IMG/VR virus record: IMGVR_UViG_3300035698_024751
Length of the DNA stretch: 33,431 nucleotides
Source of the DNA: a virus
Direction: 5' to 3' (one strand)
Notes under the pieces: generated by a model
Told to the model about the DNA's origin: nothing
The model's database searches: none
Seen by the model: only the letters and a program-made list of their open reading frames with translations
In this document: piece after piece, positions 21,232 through 28,468 of the stretch
Layout: every line of letters begins with the position of its first letter
Position numbering within the stretch: the stretch's first letter is position 1
Made by a program: the position numbers and the translations under genes

Positions 21232-21313
21232 GTGTGCTCCTTTCTACTTTTTAAATACGAAAGCAAAATAGGAGGATTAAGAACGATTTATGAATCTAAA
21301 ATCTTAAGATTGA

Positions 21314-21748
21314 CTAATAGGGCGTGTCTCGATAGGACGGCTCAGGGTGTGGTCCTCTGCGCTCTGGTCTATCTCCCGCAAATCCAGAACTTGGATCCGA
21401 ACCCTCATCTGCTTCCTTTGCATGCTCAACCATTTCACTTTCGAAACGGCTTTCCAAAGCACGATAAAGATTGGGGTCCGTTACTTCAACTCCGTCGATT
21501 GTTATAGATTCCATATCGTCTACAGTGGCATTTACACTCATGATTCCAACGTCCGGGTCCGCTGGCTCAACATAAATGTAGTATTCGAATTTCACCACTG
21601 GCGGATCGACAGTCTCGTACCCAAACTTCTCTGCTACGTCTTCTGGCATCCCCACACTATAGGTATGCTCGTTTATTGTTCGAGGATCCCTAGTCATGTC
21701 AGGATCTTCTGTAATAATTTTAGCAATCTTCTTGATGTCATCGCCCAT
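21314..21748 (-). CDS. Acidic hypothetical protein (about 144 aa)
   Basis: The ORF-track start at 21763 is a TTG. The ATG at 21746-21748 has a perfect SD (ACAGGAGATAATATG) and is preferred. Confidence 0.6.
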   Translation of the reverse strand: MGDDIKKIAKIITEDPDMTRDPRTINEHTYSVGMPEDVAEKFGYETVDPPVVKFEYYIYVEPADPDVGIMSVNATVDDMESITIDGVEVTDPNLYRALESRFESEMVEHAKEADEGSDPSSGFAGDRPERRGPHPEPSYRDTPY

Positions 21749-21877
21749 ATTATCTCCTGTCAACTCTATCCGCTTCAGCTTGAAAGATTGCTTCTTCTAA
21801 TCCTTCAAACATAGAAGATTCTAATTTCTCAACATCGTACTCGACATATTGATCGTCGCCTATTTCTAACCAGGCCT

Positions 21878-22108
21878 CTACAAACCTATTGTTGCTTTGT
21901 ATGGTGGCTCTTCACGAGACCCTAAACTTCCGGAATCAACCTCATAAACAATAATCACTTCAGGCTCTGTAGCTTCCATTGCCGCTGGGATAGCAGTAGT
22001 GTAAACATGAAAACCATTTGCTTGAGCGGATCTAAAAATTTCTCCCTTTAACTGTGTAATAGCTTCGCAAAAGACTTTGTCTAGTCTTTCTTTGAAATCG
22101 TCCATCAC
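21878..22108 (-). CDS. Hypothetical small protein (76 aa)
   Basis: ORF in the consistent orientation. Confidence 0.45.
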   Translation of the reverse strand: MMDDFKERLDKVFCEAITQLKGEIFRSAQANGFHVYTTAIPAAMEATEPEVIIVYEVDSGSLGSREEPPYKATIGL

Positions 22109-22114
22109 TGTCTC

Positions 22115-23290
22115 CTATAGCATCCCAGCTATCCTGTTTATTTGCTCCACTGCAGAGCTTGGTATAATCGGAAAAGATAGGATAATATTGTCCCCATCCA
22201 TTTTAATAGGCGTAGCATTGTCAGTATCTGGGCGTCCATCTATGTCCCATCTCGTGGATAGAGCTAGTTCTTCTTCTCTGCTGATAATGGGCGCGTCTTG
22301 TATTTTCTTTTGTGGGTTCCGCATATAGCTCTGTAGCACATCAAGAAAACTCTTGGTGCCTATAAATCCACGATGAGCGCTGCGTTCAATTTTGGCAGCG
22401 GCAATATCGATTGAACTGCTAATTTTATTAAGCAACGTACCAAGACCTTGCATTGGTCTATACTTCATGGTTATAGATTTTTTGCCCTTCACATCAAGCA
22501 TAAATCGCGCTTGACCTGTTGCTTCAACCTGTAGATCCCTTAAATATTGAGAAACCAGTCCATTAAATAGTGAATGGATATTAATAAAATAGGACATGTA
22601 TACTTCGGCACGGGACTTTAGGCCTGTTTCTCTCTCTTCTTCGTTTGGTATTCTCACTCTAACGTTTGGTGCTTTGTAAAGAACATCCCAGTTTACGAAG
22701 AGCTTGCCTGGAGTGCCAGCAGGCAATGACGCTGCCATCAAGAAATCTGCCCATTTACCAGGAAGTGAACCAAGATATTGGCTCTTAATCATCTTGCTCA
22801 CATCGCCTGTGTATTCGGCGTTAGTAACTTCTATTCCATAGCCTCTCAACTTTAAAGGATCAAGCTTCCGCTTCCAATCATCACCACACAAGAGTTTAAC
22901 AACTTCATCCTCGAACTCTGCGAACCTTTCATATGGCACACCACCACGTGATAGTAATTCTTTCTTCTTCTCTCGTCTCTTCTCTGTTGATGTTAATTCT
23001 TCAGGCTCTTCTAGGCTTGGCTCCTCAGGCAGTTCTCTTGAACTTGGTCCCTCAGGTGGTTCTTCTGGGCTTGGCTCAATAGCATCCGTTTGAGTTCTTT
23101 CAAGTTCAAGCTCATTTAATTCAATAGCAAGTTCGATCTCGATCACCTCTCTAACAGTGTCAATCGACGAACTTTCAATATTATGAATTTTACTAATTTT
23201 ACCAGTACGTTGTGCAAGCTGAGCTTGCCTACGAATATCTTCAACATCCTCGATTAACAATCGAGCACCAAGAAAGAATACTTTATCCAT
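22115..23290 (-). CDS. Hypothetical protein (about 391 aa) with an acidic Pro/Glu-rich N-terminal region (PEEPPEGP...PEEPSLEEPEEL)
   Basis: The ORF-track start (23329) is GTG. The ATG at 23288-23290 (MDKVF...) has SD CCGGAGGAGCGATG and gives an 8-nt overlap with the upstream 68-aa gene. Confidence 0.7.
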   Translation of the reverse strand: MDKVFFLGARLLIEDVEDIRRQAQLAQRTGKISKIHNIESSSIDTVREVIEIELAIELNELELERTQTDAIEPSPEEPPEGPSSRELPEEPSLEEPEELTSTEKRREKKKELLSRGGVPYERFAEFEDEVVKLLCGDDWKRKLDPLKLRGYGIEVTNAEYTGDVSKMIKSQYLGSLPGKWADFLMAASLPAGTPGKLFVNWDVLYKAPNVRVRIPNEEERETGLKSRAEVYMSYFINIHSLFNGLVSQYLRDLQVEATGQARFMLDVKGKKSITMKYRPMQGLGTLLNKISSSIDIAAAKIERSAHRGFIGTKSFLDVLQSYMRNPQKKIQDAPIISREEELALSTRWDIDGRPDTDNATPIKMDGDNIILSFPIIPSSAVEQINRIAGML

Positions 23291-23489
23291 CGCTCCTCCG
23301 GTCATGGCAAATGCATTCGGACATTCCACATTTGTGACATGCTACCGAGCTAGCAATTAAGTCGATATCCGACATATTGCGCGTAGATTCTGCTACAGCT
23401 TTAAAATCGGGCTTTTTAAACCCGAGCCTGCTGTAATCTTCCGCTAAGCCCTCAACTATCACAATCGTTCTTGGTTTTAATTTTACCAT
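23283..23489 (-). CDS. Small Cys-rich protein (68 aa; CHKCGMSECICH)
   Basis: SD ACGGAGGTTAGTATG. Confidence 0.5.
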   Translation of the reverse strand: MVKLKPRTIVIVEGLAEDYSRLGFKKPDFKAVAESTRNMSDIDLIASSVACHKCGMSECICHDRRSDG

Positions 23490-23490
23490 A

Positions 23491-23949
23491 CTAACCTCCG
23501 TTATTATTTTTGAGATATGTCATCATTGCGATGAGATAATGTCTCATAAAGTGTTTGTCGTAGTCAATGCCCACATAACTCCACAACTTCAGCGCAGCTT
23601 CAATAGCTTTGTCCTCTTCCATTTCCAGCATCTTATGTATGCATTGTTTGGCAAAATGTCGATGGTGGTCAATTTTAGTACATGTTTGAAATTTAAGATG
23701 ACCAGAAGTTCCAGCTCCTCGTGTTTTGAAAGACGTATACACAAAATTAACTTCAAGCCTTTGGATTCTTTGAGTAATATTAACCCAGTATAAAATATTC
23801 TTGTCATATCCGATTGGCAATGCGAAGATCAATCCGCCTTGCATCATTTTTATAAATCGATAAGCCACAGGAATAGAAACAAATTGATCTGCCATATTTA
23901 ACAGATCTTCGTGTGAAGTGCTAAATAACATTATGCTATGATCTGACAT
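23491..23949 (-). CDS. Hypothetical protein (about 152 aa)
   Basis: The ORF-track start at 23955 is TTG. The ATG at 23947-23949 (MSDHSIML...) is preferred. A strong hairpin lies immediately upstream. Confidence 0.6.
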   Translation of the reverse strand: MSDHSIMLFSTSHEDLLNMADQFVSIPVAYRFIKMMQGGLIFALPIGYDKNILYWVNITQRIQRLEVNFVYTSFKTRGAGTSGHLKFQTCTKIDHHRHFAKQCIHKMLEMEEDKAIEAALKLWSYVGIDYDKHFMRHYLIAMMTYLKNNNGG

Positions 23950-23955
23950 AAGCAA

Positions 23956-23991
23956 GCACCGCTCAACCTACACAACAAGATTGAGCGGTGC
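23956..23991 (-). promoter_or_regulatory. Stable stem-loop (11-bp perfect stem gcaccgctcaa/ttgagcggtgc, 14-nt loop) between two genes, abutting the start region of the 152-aa gene
   Basis: Inverted repeat read directly. GC-rich stem in an AT-rich intergenic region. Confidence 0.45.
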
Positions 23992-24023
23992 AAGAACTCC
24001 TTCTACACGTGGTAGATGAGCAA

Positions 24024-24530
24024 CTACGCTGGTGTCCAAGAAATGCTACTAAACGCCTTCTCCAACACTTTCTCAAATACGCTAGTATAAGCGACTGAGC
24101 TCAGGAGTTGGTATGACATATCCAACCCAGTAGCTGGCAAATGATCTACAATGTTCCCATTGTCGTAAGTTATCGACAACGGCATTTCGGTTCCGTCGTC
24201 ATATGTTAGATTTCCAAAAATCTTAAGATTTATAGAGTTAAGCGTTTTCTGGTTGGTCGGTACAGGCAGTCCAGCCCCTTCTCCGAAGCTGCTCACAGCA
24301 TCAAGATTCTCGACAAATTCCTTAACGATATTGTGCCACGGATAACTAGCGTCTGCGCCTGGGTCCCACAGTTCTTGTGCTGTTGTTTCTGCCACTGTGG
24401 CACCATCGGTACTATACACTTTGGTGGTGTCAATTCCACCATGGCTGACACCATGGAAAAATCCTTCTGTCCCGTCCGTATATGTTACTTGTCCGGACAT
24501 AGCAAGTGTGAGGTCGTTAATATTCGCCAT
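24024..24530 (-). CDS. Hypothetical protein (168 aa)
   Basis: SD AAGGAGTAATTATG. Confidence 0.65.
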   Translation of the reverse strand: MANINDLTLAMSGQVTYTDGTEGFFHGVSHGGIDTTKVYSTDGATVAETTAQELWDPGADASYPWHNIVKEFVENLDAVSSFGEGAGLPVPTNQKTLNSINLKIFGNLTYDDGTEMPLSITYDNGNIVDHLPATGLDMSYQLLSSVAYTSVFEKVLEKAFSSISWTPA

Positions 24531-24620
24531 AATTACTCCTTATTTCTTGTTTTGGAAACCAACTCAAACTACGATATCGTATTTTTGCTTGTATACGCAA
24601 GGAAGACATCCGAATAGATG

Positions 24621-24971
24621 TTAAGCTGCTTCTATCAATCGCAACTGCGATTGAACTTTTGCCAGTTCTTGATCATACAGGTGTGGCCCGGCTAACCAAA
24701 TGTTATGCATAAGTCCGTCAAGTTCTCTATCTAAAACCCATTTGGCTATTTTGCGACCTATTTGGGGGTCTTCTAGTCTCCCAAGATCAAATGGAGTATT
24801 AGATAAAGGCCACGTGCAAAGGACTTCTGTATTATGTAATTTGAATATGTAAGTTCCAGCTCGCCTAGTACAGATAGCTATGGTGTTAGGACTCGAAGAG
24901 GATTCTCTTCGGATAGAATATCCGAAGTTTTTCAGCTCAGCTAATACAAATCTGAGTAACTTTAGTTCCAT
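24621..24971 (-). CDS. Hypothetical protein (116 aa)
   Basis: ORF in the consistent orientation. Confidence 0.55.
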   Translation of the reverse strand: MELKLLRFVLAELKNFGYSIRRESSSSPNTIAICTRRAGTYIFKLHNTEVLCTWPLSNTPFDLGRLEDPQIGRKIAKWVLDRELDGLMHNIWLAGPHLYDQELAKVQSQLRLIEAA

Positions 24972-24986
24972 TGTTATTCAAATACA

Positions 24987-25184
24987 TCATCGACCAAACC
25001 TGGGTCCTATGCCGATGCCCTTGCTGCCAAGCACAGCCATACCAGGCCCAAACCTAGCCTTACCAGTTCCCTTGTTGGAAGGACGAGAAGTAGTAGGAAG
25101 CGCTTGACCCATCTTGGGTCCACCCATGGAACTTTGTTTACTGCCTCTACCTATTGGAACATCGATCTGCGTATGGGGTTTCAT
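24987..25184 (-). CDS. Small Gly/Pro/Lys-rich protein (65 aa)
   Basis: SD TAGGAGAAGACATG. TATAAT hexamer (revcomp of 25195-25200) just upstream. Confidence 0.4.
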   Translation of the reverse strand: MKPHTQIDVPIGRGSKQSSMGGPKMGQALPTTSRPSNKGTGKARFGPGMAVLGSKGIGIGPRFGR

Positions 25185-25266
25185 GTCTTCTCCTATTATA
25201 CCTTATATTTGCGTGACATGGCGAATATCATGAACCAGTGAAATTGAGGGGCGAGCGTCTTTAATT

Positions 25267-25404
25267 CTAAACCCTTATTGTTGAGGAGCCATTGCAAACA
25301 TGACAAAAATGCCATATCTTAGCATCGGGCCCAACAGTCGCATTCTCTACAATGCTAGTTTCATGGACAAAAGATTCATTGCTGACCCATTTGTTTGTGG
25401 CCAT
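25267..25404 (-). pseudogene. Truncated remnant (45 aa) of a hexapeptide-repeat (left-handed beta-helix) acyltransferase of the LpxA/sugar N-acetyltransferase family
   Basis: Translation MATNKWVSNESFVHETSIVENATVGPDAKIWHFCHVCNGSSTIRV*. The segment ESFVHETSIVENATVGPDAKIWHFCHV parallels the LpxA N-terminus [28 protein letters not shown]. Stops after 45 codons, with no continuation in other frames. Overlaps the 3' end of the methyltransferase gene. Confidence 0.35.
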
Positions 25405-25921
25405 TAGCTATCTCCAATAAATAAGCATTGCCGATGCTTGTAACTGATCCTCTTGATGATAACTCTTCCACTGTCCAACTTGATATGTGTGATTCATACT
25501 CATTTCCATTCAAGGGCCCTTGATTGGAAACTATCACGGGAGTAATGACAGCAGCATAATTCGATTTTTGAGCGATCAGGTCAAGAAAATTAATCCCATC
25601 ATCTTTCGCAAGATGCTCAAGAATATCAGATGCGATTATGAGGTCATATGTTTGCAAAGTTGGTAAGATATCTATGGCATTCCCAATATAAATATTGTCG
25701 TAGATTTTATATTGTAAGTCAGTTATGTATTTCTTGAAAATTTCAACACCATCAATACGGGTCGTCCATTTAAATGGACGACCCCACCAGATGTCTGTAT
25801 ATTCTCTGGCAAGAAATCCAAATTTTCCGAATCCTACTCCAATGTCTAAAACAGACATTGGTCTTAGTGCGATGATTTTGTTGCAAATGTGAGGTAAAAA
25901 TTGAGGTCTAGACGATGGCAT
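25376..25921 (-). CDS. Class I SAM-dependent methyltransferase (181 aa)
   Basis: Glycine-rich SAM-binding motif LDIGVGFGKFG followed by acidic residues at beta-2/beta-4 positions (IASDILEH). Overlaps the glycosyltransferase gene start by 14 nt. Confidence 0.8.
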   Translation of the reverse strand: MPSSRPQFLPHICNKIIALRPMSVLDIGVGFGKFGFLAREYTDIWWGRPFKWTTRIDGVEIFKKYITDLQYKIYDNIYIGNAIDILPTLQTYDLIIASDILEHLAKDDGINFLDLIAQKSNYAAVITPVIVSNQGPLNGNEYESHISSWTVEELSSRGSVTSIGNAYLLEIANGHKQMGQQ

Positions 25922-27728
25922 TTAAACAGCTCCCCCACAATAGCCATGGCTTTACTCTGTTGACCGAAGCAGTCTGCTCGGTATCGTTTCCTACATTTTT
26001 CGCAAATATCGTTTGGCTGTGATCAACCAAGGTCGAATGTCTAATCCATCCTTGGCGGTGAGACACCACAATCATCGGAATATGTTGTTTCTGAGCCTGC
26101 AGTCCAAACCAAATATCCGCAGAATTAGGTGATTCAAAATCTTTTAAGGTTAGCCCTAACACGCTCGTGTGGAATGCCATTACTCCTGTGCCAAGAAGAT
26201 GCACAGGTGTTTCCATTGCTACGTGGCCTAAGCAGGGGAAAAAATAGCGATCATAATAGTAATTATTGACTTCTTTCTTTAGTATAACTCCGTGCGCTCC
26301 AACAACTGCAGCTTTATTATAACGCTCCACAACTTGTATCATTTTCGACACATAATCTTGTGGGTAAATCAAGTCGTCATCACATGAAAGATAATAACCA
26401 TTTGCATCTTCTATGGTAAAGAATTTTCCAACATCTCCAAGGTCTCCTGCGTGATCTTTTGATAAATATGCCGTAATCTTCTCATCATCCAGAAAATCAG
26501 GTATTTCTTCATAGCCGTTAAGATATACATGAATCTTATCGACCTGGCCTTTTAATGACGCGATTGTATCTTGTAGTGCTTTTTTACGACTAGGAATAGA
26601 TGCGATACCAACAATCACTGGATCAACACGGATCTGATTTTCAACACAAGAAACCCAGTACTCAATATTGGTCTTAAGTCTTTTCTTTTGATTCAAAGGT
26701 ATGCCTTTGGATAGCGCAACCAAACCAGCCTTCAAGGCATGGTCATGATCTCCAAGCCTGTGATAAGCCATTGCTAAGCGGTCCCACGCCGCCCAACCAT
26801 AACTTGCTTCATCAAGAAACACAAATTCTGTAGGCTTCTCAACTATAGTTGAGAATTTTGCCCACATCATTGCTTTGGTTAAATCTTCATCTCTTGTGTA
26901 TAAATCAGACAAGAATATCATCGTTTCAGCTCTAACACTTTCCCCGAGAGCAGCCAAAGCAAATCCAATGGCTTTTGACCTGTCTCTACTAGATTCAGCC
27001 ATTCTCGCTAGTATCATTTGAGCTTCCCAGCGTTCTGGTTTCCATTTGGCAATGTTTAGATAATCTTGGAGTTCTGTTGTCGCTTCATCGTTCCTTCCAT
27101 TTTCCCACAATGTTTTGCCAAGATAAAATCTCGATCTAGTGTCTGTTGGATTTTCCACAACTTTTTGTTTTAATATTTCTACTCCCATCAAAGCTCTTTG
27201 TTTGCTTCTTTTGTTGCGCAGCTCTACATCTTGACCTGTCCTGTCATGGATGATCTTTACTCCATCCATAGTTAAGGTTTGTCGCAAATCAACATTTAAT
27301 ATGTTGTGGACATCATTTTTCCATCTAAACTGTTTGCGTGACACTCTCACCTGCGGAACAATAGCCCCAGAAAAATGTAACGGAATCCGCACACCTTGAA
27401 TGCCATCAGATAGTGAAAAGAGATACTCGCGAACATCATTTTCACATTCAATATATTCATGCCCATCGAGATGCAGTATCCAATCCCCTGAGCACCTTTC
27501 AACCGATCTATTCCTAGCGTCGGCGAAACTACCATGAGGCTTATCGTTATTTTCAAAATCAAATTCGAAACAGATATCAGCAAGCTCACGCGCCAATTTC
27601 AGCGTGTCATCTTCAGATTTTCTGTCGACGCCAATAACAATCTCATCAACAAGATTGCGAGCACTCTCAATCGTTTTTGATAGAGTGCTCGCTTCATTTT
27701 TAACAATCATCGCTAAGCTAAGTTTCAT
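25908..27728 (-). CDS. Multidomain glycosyltransferase (606 aa): N-terminal GT2 (GT-A) domain, central TPR repeats, C-terminal second GT-A-like domain with a DDD (DxD) motif
   Basis: N-terminus MIVKNEASTLSKTIESARNLVDEIVIGVDRKSEDDT...HLDGHE is typical of GT2. TPR-like helices RFYLGKTLWENGRNDEATTELQDYLNIAKW.... C-terminal SCDDDLIYPQDY in a Rossmann-like context. Confidence 0.8.
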   Translation of the reverse strand: MKLSLAMIVKNEASTLSKTIESARNLVDEIVIGVDRKSEDDTLKLARELADICFEFDFENNDKPHGSFADARNRSVERCSGDWILHLDGHEYIECENDVREYLFSLSDGIQGVRIPLHFSGAIVPQVRVSRKQFRWKNDVHNILNVDLRQTLTMDGVKIIHDRTGQDVELRNKRSKQRALMGVEILKQKVVENPTDTRSRFYLGKTLWENGRNDEATTELQDYLNIAKWKPERWEAQMILARMAESSRDRSKAIGFALAALGESVRAETMIFLSDLYTRDEDLTKAMMWAKFSTIVEKPTEFVFLDEASYGWAAWDRLAMAYHRLGDHDHALKAGLVALSKGIPLNQKKRLKTNIEYWVSCVENQIRVDPVIVGIASIPSRKKALQDTIASLKGQVDKIHVYLNGYEEIPDFLDDEKITAYLSKDHAGDLGDVGKFFTIEDANGYYLSCDDDLIYPQDYVSKMIQVVERYNKAAVVGAHGVILKKEVNNYYYDRYFFPCLGHVAMETPVHLLGTGVMAFHTSVLGLTLKDFESPNSADIWFGLQAQKQHIPMIVVSHRQGWIRHSTLVDHSQTIFAKNVGNDTEQTASVNRVKPWLLWGSCLNAIV

Positions 27729-27787
27729 ATAACCCCCATGGTAACTCCCCAGTTATTATATACTTGCTAGTTTACAAGGGATTCGGA

Positions 27788-28405
27788 TTATGTAGGAAGG
27801 AGATGTTCAAAACGTTTCATATGTTCGCGAATGGATTTTGCAAACAGCTCGCCGGAGCGATTTTCTTTTTCTATGCTGTCCGCATATGCGAGTGCAGCAA
27901 CTACAGCATGCGGATCCTGGTCTATTCGCAATATGAAATGACAAGCGTCTGGATCGCTTTCGACCCCATTAGTCTTTAAAATTGTATATCGCGTTTCGTA
28001 ATCAGCACCAAATTCATAAGGCCGAGGAAGTTCAAATATTGGTCGTCCAGTGGCAAAATCTTCTTTGCCATATCGCAATAATTCTGATACTGTTAGTTGC
28101 TCGTAGCCGCTGCATTTCTTACATATGCCAGAAGCATTTTTGCAAAAAGGACAATCAACATACACTTCTTCTGAAATGGATCTTAATTTTTTATTGGTGA
28201 TTAAATTTCTTTTTTGTGCCTCAATCATTACAACGATGAAGTTTATTCCACCTTGCTCATTCTCTTCGCCTAAATTCAATATTTTGATAATATGGTCATC
28301 CTTCATCTCCGAAATAGCAACATTACCATCATCGAAGCTACGCCATATGGCATGCTTTATGAGCAGATTAGTCCAGGATTCATCTTTGAGGATCTTATCA
28401 AACAT
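27788..28405 (-). CDS. Hypothetical protein (205 aa) with a central zinc-ribbon CPFCKNASGICKKCSG
   Basis: ORF with CxxC-x7-CxxC. Confidence 0.65.
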   Translation of the reverse strand: MFDKILKDESWTNLLIKHAIWRSFDDGNVAISEMKDDHIIKILNLGEENEQGGINFIVVMIEAQKRNLITNKKLRSISEEVYVDCPFCKNASGICKKCSGYEQLTVSELLRYGKEDFATGRPIFELPRPYEFGADYETRYTILKTNGVESDPDACHFILRIDQDPHAVVAALAYADSIEKENRSGELFAKSIREHMKRFEHLLPT

Positions 28406-28423
28406 TGAATTTCCGAGAGACTG

Positions 28424-28459
28424 CTGCTGGCCCTCCGAGAAGCCAGGGAGGGCCAGCAG
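28424..28459 (-). promoter_or_regulatory. GC-rich stem-loop (13-bp perfect stem ctgctggccctcc/ggagggccagcag, 10-nt loop) 10 nt downstream of the MVP stop codon and about 20 nt upstream of the next start codon. No U-tract, so not a canonical intrinsic terminator
   Basis: Inverted repeat read directly. Confidence 0.45.
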
Positions 28460-28468
28460 CTGGGAATG

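Noticed and set aside
21764-21877. Small ORFs (about 20 codons, e.g. MFEGLEEAIFQAEADRVDRR) in the gap upstream of the acidic gene
   Set aside because: They are very short, overlap the SD of the next gene, and have no similarity I recognise. Likely leader sequence.
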